Positions 29,706-38,851 of a DNA stretch of 46,540 bases are shown piece by piece. The number at the start of each line of letters is the position of its first letter. Position 1 is the stretch's first letter. The position numbers were made by a program, and so were the translations under genes. The notes under the pieces are model-generated. The model made no database searches and was not told the origin of the DNA. It saw only the letters and a program-made list of their open reading frames with translations. Source of the DNA: a virus (lineage: Duplodnaviria > Caudoviricetes); the IMG/VR virus record IMGVR_UViG_3300034683_000093, positions 1 through 46,540 of that record. The stretch is one strand, 5' to 3'.

Positions 29706-30549
29706 CATCATAATTACAGTTACATGTACAATAGTTGCAGTCACATGTACATGCATAATTGCAGTTACAAGTACAATAGTTGCAATCACAAGTACAATAA
29801 TTACAGTTACATGTACAATAGTTGCAATTACATGTACAGTAATTACAGTTACAGACACAATTATTACAATCACATGCACAGTAATCACATTGACAAGTAC
29901 AATAGTTGCATTGGCAATTACAAGATGTATAGTTACAATCACAAGTACAAACGTTGCAATTACATGGGCACGCATCTACATTACAAGTACAATAGTTGCA
30001 ATTACATGTACAATAATTACAGTTACATGTACAATAGTTGCAATTACATGTACAGTAATTACAGTTACATGTACATGAATAGTTACAGTTACATGTACAT
30101 GAATAGTTACAAAAACAGAAACATTCATTTACATCTTCAATTAAATCTTTTATTAGACTAAAATGTGCTTCATTTGTAATAGGTTCATTTGGAGCAATTA
30201 TTGTATCAGTAGCATAAGAAGGTATTTGATGTGTATCTCTATAAGGTCTAATTACTTCAACAAATTTATTTCTTATGTTTCTCCAAACATCTGCTCTGAT
30301 AATTCCACTCAAATTTATATTTAATGGACTATTACCTCTTCTTAATGCTTCTAGGTTTAATTGATCTACAAAATTTGTAAGTTCGCTCAATCTATCAATA
30401 GGATTCTCATCATCCTCTACTAGATTTATAGTAGGAAAAATACTCCTAATATTTCTAGCTGCAACTTGACCAGAATATGCATCACATCTATTAACATGTG
30501 ATGTACAAAATGTTGGTGTGCTATCACTTGAATGAGCATTACATGCCAC
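29695..30549 (-). CDS. Cys-rich repeat protein, candidate radical SAM modification target
   Basis: About 140-aa N-terminal domain plus 138-aa tail of about 19 CxCxCxY units; GTG start at 30549 behind GAGG overlaps the stop of the upstream radical SAM gene. Confidence 0.85.
   Translation of the reverse strand: MACNAHSSDSTPTFCTSHVNRCDAYSGQVAARNIRSIFPTINLVEDDENPIDRLSELTNFVDQLNLEALRRGNSPLNINLSGIIRADVWRNIRNKFVEVIRPYRDTHQIPSYATDTIIAPNEPITNEAHFSLIKDLIEDVNECFCFCNYSCTCNCNYSCTCNCNYCTCNCNYCTCNCNYCTCNCNYCTCNVDACPCNCNVCTCDCNYTSCNCQCNYCTCQCDYCACDCNNCVCNCNYCTCNCNYCTCNCNYCTCDCNYCTCNCNYACTCDCNYCTCNCNYDVSV
29710..30123 (-). repeat. Coding tandem repeat, 21-bp unit (CTCNCNY)
   Basis: Units such as TGTACATGTAACTGTAATTAC/TGTACTTGTAATTGCAACTAT with variation mainly at synonymous positions. 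Confidence 0.93.
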
Positions 30550-31636
30550 GATTAACCTCGTCCATTGCAAATTTTATTTTAGTTAATAAATAAAAGTATT
30601 CACATAAATACTCTTGTACATCAAAATCATTCCATCTTTCAAAATAGTTTTCTTTTTTACTATATTTGTATTTCTTTGCATTACATCTTAAACAAAACAT
30701 ACTTGAACAACTCACACATTTACCAGTTTGTTTTCCAAAATATTCTTTAAATTGCTTTGATCTATTAATTACATCCTCAACAACTGTATCTTTAGCTATA
30801 TTTGTATAAACATGTTCTTCATAATATGAATCTCTATATAAAGCACCATGACATGGAACTATATTTCCATTAGTGTCTATTGATAACATATCCAATCCAG
30901 CTGAACATAATGCTTTATTGGGTCTAAACCATGTAAATTTTTGTTGCCCTGTTTTCATTTCATACTTTGCTATATTAATCAAGCTTTCTTTTAAATCATT
31001 ATAATATTTATTTATTTGTTCTTTTGTAAAATCTAAATCTAAATCTATACTTGGAAAATAATTATTATGTATTGTAATGACATCCAAATATGCCTCATAC
31101 ATATATTTAAAGTCTTCTGGTGCAATAGTACTTTTAATTGTCATAGGTATGTTATTTCTTCTCAATTTCATAATATTTTCTTTAACTAATTTTGCCGAAC
31201 CCTTACCTCTTATATTAACTCTATACTTATCATGAATTGGTTGACCATCATAAGAAACTTGAATAACCATTTTAGGATTACCATTTAATGTTCTTTGTAT
31301 GTTAACATTTTTTAAAAAGCTAATAAATTCATCATCAATAAAATAACCATTAGAGTATATAAAAAATGAAACTCGTTGATCATTCAAATAATATTCTGTT
31401 ATTTTTTGAACTCTTTCTTTTTCTAATAAAGGTTCTCCTCCCCAAAAATTAATAGATAATGTTCCATAATTTTGTTTAAAATATTGAGAGTCCATAAATT
31501 TATCTATAAACTTAAATAAATTATCAAAATCTTCAAATTTCTCATTTCTCATCTTATCGTTTTTAACTTCAAAACAATATAAACATCTTAAATTACAATT
31601 TCTAGTAATATTTATATCCATATGGAAGTTTTTCAT
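30539..31636 (-). CDS. Radical SAM/SPASM-domain protein (peptide-maturase-like)
   Basis: CNLRCLYC, FWGGEP, SYDG, CSAG...G.IVPCH, CxxC-x4-CxxC...C; ATG at 31636 behind AGGAG. Confidence 0.92.
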   Translation of the reverse strand: MKNFHMDINITRNCNLRCLYCFEVKNDKMRNEKFEDFDNLFKFIDKFMDSQYFKQNYGTLSINFWGGEPLLEKERVQKITEYYLNDQRVSFFIYSNGYFIDDEFISFLKNVNIQRTLNGNPKMVIQVSYDGQPIHDKYRVNIRGKGSAKLVKENIMKLRRNNIPMTIKSTIAPEDFKYMYEAYLDVITIHNNYFPSIDLDLDFTKEQINKYYNDLKESLINIAKYEMKTGQQKFTWFRPNKALCSAGLDMLSIDTNGNIVPCHGALYRDSYYEEHVYTNIAKDTVVEDVINRSKQFKEYFGKQTGKCVSCSSMFCLRCNAKKYKYSKKENYFERWNDFDVQEYLCEYFYLLTKIKFAMDEVNRGM

Positions 31637-31658
31637 GGTGTTATTTCTCCTTATTATT

Positions 31659-32501
31659 TTAGAATTGTTGAAAATTGTTTTCAGTATACTTTGGTAATTC
31701 AAATATTCCTTTTGTAGGACTCAAGTATCTGTTTCCATCAAATAATGATTTATCACATTTTTGGCAAACTTGACAAGCCAAACTACATAATATCTTATTA
31801 TACTTTTCAAATATTTTATTCATTGGTTCTCTTAATATAATTTCATAATTCTTACCAAATCTTACTATACCTTTTTGTTTACCAACATAATCATCTAATC
31901 TTTGATAAGCAAAACTATATTTAATTCCTTCTAAATTATTTGGATATCTTTCTAATATTTCAACTGTATCATTTATTATATTTTTCCAATTCAATTCATG
32001 AACAGTATATGATATTCTAAATTGTATATTATCAGTATTCAATTTATTCATTGCATTTTCTACTATTTCTTTAGTTGGACTATTATTAGGAAATACTCTA
32101 TGATCATGACCAGAGCCATCATAAGAAATTTCTAAACTAAGTGGCATTTTCTCTCTTGTATCAATAATTAAATCTTTAAATTTTTGATAAAACTTATCAT
32201 TATTTAATAAAGATCCATTTGTTGTTATAAGAACAGAATATTTATGATCTCTTTCAACACATTGTTCACATAAATATTTAAACATATCAAATTTCAATAA
32301 AGGTTCCCCACCCATTATAACAATTGTAGAAACAGCATCAGATCCTTCTCTTTGTTCTATCTCATCTAAAAATTCATCAATATCTTTTTCTGTTACATCT
32401 TTATGTTGAAAATCTTGAGTCTCTCTAATTGTTCTTTCATAACAATATTGGCATGAAAAATCACATCTTGTTGTTAGATATATAATGTTTGTTTTTTGCA
32501 T
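31659..32501 (-). CDS. Radical SAM protein (short, C-terminal C-x3-CxxCxxC)
   Basis: CDFSCQYC, MGGEP, TTNG, SYDG, CSLACQVCQKC. Confidence 0.92.
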   Translation of the reverse strand: MQKTNIIYLTTRCDFSCQYCYERTIRETQDFQHKDVTEKDIDEFLDEIEQREGSDAVSTIVIMGGEPLLKFDMFKYLCEQCVERDHKYSVLITTNGSLLNNDKFYQKFKDLIIDTREKMPLSLEISYDGSGHDHRVFPNNSPTKEIVENAMNKLNTDNIQFRISYTVHELNWKNIINDTVEILERYPNNLEGIKYSFAYQRLDDYVGKQKGIVRFGKNYEIILREPMNKIFEKYNKILCSLACQVCQKCDKSLFDGNRYLSPTKGIFELPKYTENNFQQF

Positions 32502-32514
32502 TATTAATGCTCCC

Positions 32515-32844
32515 TTACAATATATCTTTTAATTTACCAATAGCATCCTTTACATCATCATCTTCTAAAAGTTTTGTTACTTCTTCTTCTGTAAAAATTT
32601 TATTATTTTGTTGATTGCCACATTTACATTGCCCATTATCACAATTATTATTATTCCCCTGATTACCCATTTGTTCCATAAATTTATTATAATAACCTGT
32701 ACCCTCTATATCAGAACTAACCATAGTTCTAATTATATCAATTAAAACAAATGCATACCCCATCATAATTTCATTAGTTTTAAAACCATTTTCAATTTTT
32801 TCAACCACTTGTGTTAAATCTCTAATAATTTCATATTTTGTCAT
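32515..32844 (-). CDS. Small hypothetical protein with CDNGQCKC motif
   Basis: 109-aa ORF with GGAGG RBS between two radical SAM genes. Confidence 0.75.
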   Translation of the reverse strand: MTKYEIIRDLTQVVEKIENGFKTNEIMMGYAFVLIDIIRTMVSSDIEGTGYYNKFMEQMGNQGNNNNCDNGQCKCGNQQNNKIFTEEEVTKLLEDDDVKDAIGKLKDIL

Positions 32845-32874
32845 AATAATTCCTCCATTATTTTTTATTTATTT

Positions 32875-33972
32875 TTAACCACAATTATTCATAAAACTTT
32901 CTATTATTTGTGTATATAACCTATTGGTCTTTAATTTATTATAAATTCGATAGGATACATCATATAATATATAATATAATTGACACACTGAATCTACTGG
33001 ACCACATTTTTCAAAATTAAATTGTTCCATTTGAGAATATGTGCAACCAGCATTACAAAAATTATAAAGATGACATTTCTTACATTTTTCATAAGTTCTT
33101 GGATCTGAAATTTCTGGCTTCTTTAGAAAATCAAGATTATCCATATATGGTTTATTTTCTTTAGCATCATATAATGGAAACTTTTTGTAACTACCAAATC
33201 TAGCACAAGGATAATACATTCCACCAGGAAAATATCCTATTCCTTTACACCCAGCAAAACAACCAAAAGGCCTTTTACCAAATTTCTTTCCAACTATAAT
33301 ATCAGCTATAGGAAGAATAAAGAAACCTATTGAGCATCTAACACCTTTTTCTATATATTCTATAAATACATTAGCTAATTCTTCTACTTCAACTTTAAAC
33401 TTCTCTATATCTTCTTTAGACCATATATCATCTCTTACCAAACTATAATCGGGATTATATATACCCATATCATCGACTAAAAATTTAAAATTCTTAACCA
33501 TTGTACCAAGAGAAGTTGGTGATACCATTACTTTACATCCTCTTGTCTTCTCAAATAGCCATTTCTTTTCTTTGTATAATTCTAAACTCGAAGTACCATC
33601 TTCCAAAGGTCTATTATACTCATTCCATAAACCATCAAAAGATAAAGATAATCCGCAACCATTAGTTGTTATAAAATTATACTTATCATCATCCAATAAA
33701 AGACCATTTGTTATTAGAACAATAGACCCACAGCGTTTGTCTTGTTTAAATTTTGGAAGGGAATATTTGATAATCTTCCAATTTAGAAGTGGTTCACCAC
33801 CAAAATAAGAAATGTGATAGTTTGGTAAATTATAATAATCAAGAAAAAATCCTACAGTATCAATAAATAAATCTACATCTTCTTCTGTCATAAAGTTTTT
33901 ACTGTTTTCCATATAACAATATTTGCAACCTAAATTACATTTTTCAGTTATAACAAATTCAGTTACTAACAA
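32875..33972 (-). CDS. Radical SAM/SPASM-domain protein (peptide-maturase-like)
   Basis: CNLGCKYC, YFGGEP, ITNG, SFDG, CFAG...YPC, CKKC-x5-C-x3-C...C canonical SPASM spacing. Confidence 0.94.
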   Translation of the reverse strand: MLVTEFVITEKCNLGCKYCYMENSKNFMTEEDVDLFIDTVGFFLDYYNLPNYHISYFGGEPLLNWKIIKYSLPKFKQDKRCGSIVLITNGLLLDDDKYNFITTNGCGLSLSFDGLWNEYNRPLEDGTSSLELYKEKKWLFEKTRGCKVMVSPTSLGTMVKNFKFLVDDMGIYNPDYSLVRDDIWSKEDIEKFKVEVEELANVFIEYIEKGVRCSIGFFILPIADIIVGKKFGKRPFGCFAGCKGIGYFPGGMYYPCARFGSYKKFPLYDAKENKPYMDNLDFLKKPEISDPRTYEKCKKCHLYNFCNAGCTYSQMEQFNFEKCGPVDSVCQLYYILYDVSYRIYNKLKTNRLYTQIIESFMNNCG

Positions 33973-34019
33973 TTTGTTCCCCCTTTTATTTATTTTATAC
34001 CATTAATACAAAAATTTAA

Positions 34020-34170
34020 GAATTAATTATTATTTTTTTTGAACTTCTCCCACTTATAGAAGTGGGAGATTCTCGCTTCATCGGCCTCGTAACCTACTAC
34101 CTCCACGAGCCTCACTTTCGGACGGTTCCCGCCCTAGTGTATTTTTATATAGCTTAATCTTAGTTCTTTT
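34020..34170 (-). ncRNA. Putative TnpB reRNA/omegaRNA with 3' flank-derived guide
   Basis: GC-rich structured segment (GGGCGGGAACCGTCCG, CTCGTGG...TTACGAG stems) between the tnpB tail and the right end; ends approximate. Confidence 0.65.
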
Positions 34171-34264
34171 AATCCTTGTTTAAGTATATTGTTTGCAGCA
34201 TTAATATCTCTATGAGCAATTCATCTCCCACCTAAAGAGGTGGGAGTCTTCTTGCTTATTTACG
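34039..34264 (-). mobile_element. Non-autonomous tnpB-derived miniature IS200/IS605 element
   Basis: TTTAT flank, left hairpin CTCCCACCTC-TTTA-GGTGGGAG related to the IscB element ends, right hairpin TCTCCCACTT-CTAT-AAGTGGGAGA ending GTTCAA. Confidence 0.85.
34134..34214 (-). pseudogene. tnpB: TnpB C-terminal fragment
   Basis: Manual translation HRDINAANNILKQGLKELRLSYIKIH* matches the TnpB RuvC-III RDxNAAxNI motif. Confidence 0.85.
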
Positions 34265-35873
34265 ATAAAATAACTACTTCAATCAATTGTTCATCATCTG
34301 TATCTTTTGTTTCTAAAGCTTTAGCAAATATTCTACCTGCAATATCTATATTTTTAACTAAAGAAGATGAATATAATCCAACTGCACAACCATTTAAATA
34401 TGATACCAATGGCTCACCTTTCTTAACTTTTCCTTTAACCTTACATTTAACTCTTCCTTTTAAAGCTATATATGTTCCATTTTCTAATCCACTATTCATC
34501 ATAAATGCAGGATTTTCTGATACGACACCTAATACTCTATATGATGATATTTCATTAGATATTTCACAATCAAAATTTTCATCTTCACTTATTAAAATTA
34601 CATCACCAACATTTACATTAGAATCTTTTATAGTATATTTTTCTGCTAAGTCTGCATAGTATGCACTTGTTGCAATACCATAAAATACACCATCATTTGA
34701 TATATACGATATTGTTCCAGAAGAATTTCTAAATTCTATAATATTACCACTTGAACCAGTCCTAACATATGTTGTTCCACTATTATTATTTAAATACAAA
34801 TGTTCATGAGAGTTATCGATTACAGATAAACTAATTGTTGTATCGGTTAAATTCGTAATAATACCTTGACCGGTTACATCACCAGTAAATGTTAATTTAA
34901 AATCATTAACATCAAAATTTAATTTACCAGCAGTATCATTATATGTTACAGTTATACCATTCTCCGTATTACCACTAACCATTCCACCAACTGTATCTTC
35001 AACAGCTTCTTTCCAATCGGTAATATCTCCAGATGTCCAATTATGATTATCAACATATGACTTAGATGTAGCGTGATTACTATCTGTAGGACTAGTTGGC
35101 ACTTTTATATGTAATGGTGTACCATCTATTAATTTACCTTTCCAAGAATCATCAGATTCATCAAATATCCATTGAGCATTAGTTAAAGTTCCTCTTTCAA
35201 CTTCTAATCCTGAAATAGACCCTAATGATGAAACACCACTACCACCCTCACCCTGATTCAAAACAATGACATTATCAGTTATAGCAGTATTAGCAGAATC
35301 TATAGTAGTTGTAGTTCCATTTACAGTAAGATTACCTTGAACAACCATATCATCATCAAAAACATAGGCACCATTAATGTTCATATCTCGTAAGGTATTT
35401 CTTGGCCAATCAGCAGAACTTGTATACTCTCTTACATATGTTCCAGAAGGATCTTGTGTTGATAGTGATCCAGATACAAATTGTATACTACTATTAACTT
35501 CTACATATCCTAGAATTAAATGTGAATCATGTACAAAACTTGATATAGGAACTATATCTAACTTTGACACCATTGGTGGATATATTTTTTCATATTTATA
35601 TTCTAGAACTATTAAATTACCACCAGCTTGTGCTCTTGTTTCAGAAATATCTAAACTAATAGGTTGGGTATAATGTATAAGAACATAATCTTTTAAAACC
35701 ATCCCTGCACTTATATCTAAAATAGTAGAACTGTTCCATGTTGGAACCAATCCACTTAATATAAGTCTACCATTAGGTGCAACAATGGATGTTAATCTAT
35801 CAACTTTATCACTATGATATGATTCATATGGGTCAACATATCTTCTTTGTATAATACTCCAATCTATAGGCAT
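34260..35873 (-). CDS. Tail fibre/virion structural protein with C-terminal peptidase G2/intramolecular-chaperone-like domain
   Basis: GNLTVNGTTT, GLEVERG, ATSKSYVD fibre motifs; C-terminal YADLAEKY...GVVSENPAFMMN...IALKGRVKCKV. Confidence 0.75.
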   Translation of the reverse strand: MPIDWSIIQRRYVDPYESYHSDKVDRLTSIVAPNGRLILSGLVPTWNSSTILDISAGMVLKDYVLIHYTQPISLDISETRAQAGGNLIVLEYKYEKIYPPMVSKLDIVPISSFVHDSHLILGYVEVNSSIQFVSGSLSTQDPSGTYVREYTSSADWPRNTLRDMNINGAYVFDDDMVVQGNLTVNGTTTTIDSANTAITDNVIVLNQGEGGSGVSSLGSISGLEVERGTLTNAQWIFDESDDSWKGKLIDGTPLHIKVPTSPTDSNHATSKSYVDNHNWTSGDITDWKEAVEDTVGGMVSGNTENGITVTYNDTAGKLNFDVNDFKLTFTGDVTGQGIITNLTDTTISLSVIDNSHEHLYLNNNSGTTYVRTGSSGNIIEFRNSSGTISYISNDGVFYGIATSAYYADLAEKYTIKDSNVNVGDVILISEDENFDCEISNEISSYRVLGVVSENPAFMMNSGLENGTYIALKGRVKCKVKGKVKKGEPLVSYLNGCAVGLYSSSLVKNIDIAGRIFAKALETKDTDDEQLIEVVILS

Positions 35874-35907
35874 TTATGACCTCCGACATAATATAAAGAA
35901 TATATTT

Positions 35908-35920
35908 TTTATATTTGTTC
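35908..35920 (-). promoter_or_regulatory. Candidate phage promoter motif GAACAAATATAAA
   Basis: Intergenic copy about 35 nt before the 35873 start. Confidence 0.55.
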
Positions 35921-36954
35921 TAATTAGTCAAAATTGTGTTAATTAAAATTACAGATGTAATTATTGCAATTATAAATCCTAACAACACACCATAATAGTA
36001 TTTCAAAGGCACATTAAAATACATTTTAGAAATCATTGTACATTTATGAGTTGGAGATAGAAAATATCCTGCATAATCAATTATATAAAATAGTGGTAGA
36101 TATTTTACTCCAAATAAAGTTACACCTATTGCAGTTAACGCAGCATATCTAGATGAACTACCCAATAATAAACTCCCTATAAAAGATAATATTAAAAATG
36201 TATAAATATAAGCAGATATACTAACTATATTTTTAAAATATGGAGTGGAGTATACTTGAATATAATAGGCACCAACTAATATCATAGATAAATACAATAA
36301 TATCATATAATCAATTTTCTTTAATGAGTAATACCATTGTTTATAATCTATAACTAATAAACCAAACATATAGATTCCAAAAAATAAATAGTAACTTTTA
36401 AATACTATAGATACAATTAATGAAATAATTAGATTTGATATATGTAACAATATAGTTGTTTTAGAAAATTCATTTCTAGAAAACTTTTCAAAAGTAAAAT
36501 TTATATCATGATCTTTAACATATACAAAATAAATAAGTAATAATAAAATAGCATACACTATTATTGCTGGTAACATCATTTTAATAAATGTTAAATAACC
36601 TATTCCAGCAGCAGTCATTGCAATGATTACAGATTTCTCTATTGGTGACCAAAGATAATAATGATGTGTAGACAGATAAGCTAATATACCCATCTTTTTA
36701 TTATCTTTAGTTTTATCTTGTATTGTATCCAATACTCCACAAGCCAATGTAATTCTACCTGGAACAGGTAAAAATCCAAGTATATTCACAAAAACAAATA
36801 ACAATAGCTTCTTATTACTCAACTTAGAATAAATCTTGGATAAGAGTGGATTTACCAATTCCTTATCTTTTAAATATTGTGATATCAATAGAATACTAAA
36901 TAATAAAAATAATGGTTGATACATTGAACTAATTAATTTCATAAAGTCATTCAC
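35920..36954 (-). CDS. Multi-pass membrane transporter-like protein (ion-transporter superfamily/DUF401-like)
   Basis: About 9-10 hydrophobic segments; GFLPVPGR, HHYYLWSP, LLGSS, LSPTHKC re-entrant-type motifs. Confidence 0.7.
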   Translation of the reverse strand: MNDFMKLISSMYQPLFLLFSILLISQYLKDKELVNPLLSKIYSKLSNKKLLLFVFVNILGFLPVPGRITLACGVLDTIQDKTKDNKKMGILAYLSTHHYYLWSPIEKSVIIAMTAAGIGYLTFIKMMLPAIIVYAILLLLIYFVYVKDHDINFTFEKFSRNEFSKTTILLHISNLIISLIVSIVFKSYYLFFGIYMFGLLVIDYKQWYYSLKKIDYMILLYLSMILVGAYYIQVYSTPYFKNIVSISAYIYTFLILSFIGSLLLGSSSRYAALTAIGVTLFGVKYLPLFYIIDYAGYFLSPTHKCTMISKMYFNVPLKYYYGVLLGFIIAIITSVILINTILTN

Positions 36955-36957
36955 TGT

Positions 36958-37185
36958 TTACTCTCCATCTACTATTATGATATCATTTGGCTTATCCACT
37001 ATTAATACGTTTACTTGTCCATCAACTTCTTGAATTTTTAGTTTTTGAGTTTGTGAATCATAATTTGGACACTCAATAACTTTTTTCTCATATTCATCTG
37101 GGCAATATACATTAACAACCTCATCAATACTTTGAACTACTCTTAATATAATATAATCTGGATAAGTATAAACTATATATGCCAT
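36958..37185 (-). CDS. Small hypothetical protein
   Basis: 75-aa ORF with GGAGG RBS in operon. Confidence 0.7.
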   Translation of the reverse strand: MAYIVYTYPDYIILRVVQSIDEVVNVYCPDEYEKKVIECPNYDSQTQKLKIQEVDGQVNVLIVDKPNDIIIVDGE

Positions 37186-37190
37186 AATGT

Positions 37191-38153
37191 TTATCCTCCA
37201 TATTTTCTTTCCATATTATCACACATATCACATTCATAACATTTATATTTACAATTTTTTATATAGTCTAACCAATTTTTATTAATTTTATATAAAATAT
37301 ATTCATCTAAAATATCATTACTATTTATTTTTTGTAATATTTTCAAACTTTCTTCAAACATATGATTATCTTCTCTACCATGTAATTTAATTACATCTAC
37401 AAAATTAAAGTAGTAATTCAATTCACTTCTTATAGGATAAATTATTGCTTGTTTATATATTGATGTTTGTTGACATGTTGATATATTGCCCATTTGACTA
37501 TTAAACCATGTTTTTTGATTATCAAAATTATTACAATTATAATTAAAATGTTCTTGTTGTAATGGACAATGATAATCACAATGCTCATTCATCAATAAAG
37601 ATAAATATAATTTTTTATTTAATCTCCCTTCACATATTTGTTTAACTTTTTTAATTTCATGTAACCTATCACTATCTCTTATTAAAAATCTATCTAAGTT
37701 TATATAATCAAATCCTTCCATAAATAATTTATAAACTTGATAAGGTTCACTAACTCTATTCAATATAGTATTCTTAACAAATAAATCTGGATATTCTTTT
37801 TTTAACCCAAATCTTAACCAACTAGTAAAAGGAATTGTTATATTTCTAATACCAATATCATAATACTTTCTAAAATTATTAACGAATTTAACATAATTAT
37901 CATATGATGGTGATATAAATATATTATTATATGTCAACGAAACATTTATATTATTTTCTAATAATAGTTGAATTTGATAATCTAGTTTTTCAGTTTCTTC
38001 CTTAAAATTTATACCCATAGCATCATTGTAAAAAGGTGGTATCCGTGAAGTACAATATATATCAAATATAATATTTGTATTTCTTATAAACTGAACAAGA
38101 TCAATAAATTGATTCTCTGTTAGAAATGGAAATATAGGTAATGAGAATTTCAT
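37191..38153 (-). CDS. U32 peptidase-family-like Fe-S protein
   Basis: TIM-barrel-like layout, INLDR, LMNEHCDYHCP, DVIKLHGR (KIEGR-like), C-terminal CKYKCYECDMC. Confidence 0.68.
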   Translation of the reverse strand: MKFSLPIFPFLTENQFIDLVQFIRNTNIIFDIYCTSRIPPFYNDAMGINFKEETEKLDYQIQLLLENNINVSLTYNNIFISPSYDNYVKFVNNFRKYYDIGIRNITIPFTSWLRFGLKKEYPDLFVKNTILNRVSEPYQVYKLFMEGFDYINLDRFLIRDSDRLHEIKKVKQICEGRLNKKLYLSLLMNEHCDYHCPLQQEHFNYNCNNFDNQKTWFNSQMGNISTCQQTSIYKQAIIYPIRSELNYYFNFVDVIKLHGREDNHMFEESLKILQKINSNDILDEYILYKINKNWLDYIKNCKYKCYECDMCDNMERKYGG

Positions 38154-38171
38154 TTTTCAATACTATTTTTA

Positions 38172-38828
38172 TCATTTTCCTGCAAGAATATTTTTCTCTA
38201 TTTTGTCAGCTTCTATTCTGTGAACCATATTAAGATATTGTTTGAACATCAGATATTGATTATATGTATTTTCGTAAACTTTCTTTTGTTCTTCTAATTC
38301 CATATTAGATATAGATTCTAGTAGACCATGATTAATACTTCCAGTTGAAGCCAATTCTAATGCAGCATTTCTAACAAATTTATTTATCCAAAATTCTGGT
38401 TCATATTTTTCACCATTTTCTATATAGTCTTTTATCTTCTCAATTCCTTCATGTTCTAAAAATTGATTAAACGCATTTTCGAATACTTCTATCTCAAACA
38501 TCATATTTTTGTGGCTTTCTTGTAAACTGAATAATTGTCGTTTCATTTTAAGTATTTCCAATTTTATTATTTCTTTTTCTATCTCGTCATCTATATTTGA
38601 TAATTCTCGCTCTTTCTTTTTTATTTCTAAATTTTTTATATCTATATCAAATTCCATATCCTTTAGAGATTCATATCTTAAACGTAATTCTAGGAATATT
38701 TGTCTAATTTTTCTATAAGTGGTAAGTTGATCATTGATAATAAATTTCTCTATTTGATATTCAGACATGTTAAGATTCATCTTTGGTAAATTCTCAAGTA
38801 TAAATTTTCTTATCTCTTCATTTGTCAT
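38172..38828 (-). CDS. Coiled-coil hypothetical protein (possible fibre assembly factor)
   Basis: Glu/Lys-rich heptads; GGAGG RBS. Confidence 0.7.
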   Translation of the reverse strand: MTNEEIRKFILENLPKMNLNMSEYQIEKFIINDQLTTYRKIRQIFLELRLRYESLKDMEFDIDIKNLEIKKKERELSNIDDEIEKEIIKLEILKMKRQLFSLQESHKNMMFEIEVFENAFNQFLEHEGIEKIKDYIENGEKYEPEFWINKFVRNAALELASTGSINHGLLESISNMELEEQKKVYENTYNQYLMFKQYLNMVHRIEADKIEKNILAGK

Positions 38829-38851
38829 TTTAATTCCTCCATTATTTTTAT

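Noticed and set aside
29710-30123. Tandem 21-bp repeats as a CRISPR array or non-coding repeat
   Set aside because: No unique spacers; variation is mostly synonymous in the Cys frame, so it is a coding repeat
29649-30161. Alternative-frame ORFs 29649-29975(-), 29724-30161(+), 29890-30078(+)
   Set aside because: Shadow frames kept open by the repeat; no RBS, and one ends inside the mini-element
31637-31702. ORF-track start of the 387-aa radical SAM protein
   Set aside because: Overlaps the upstream gene; AGGAG-ATG at 31636 is the better start
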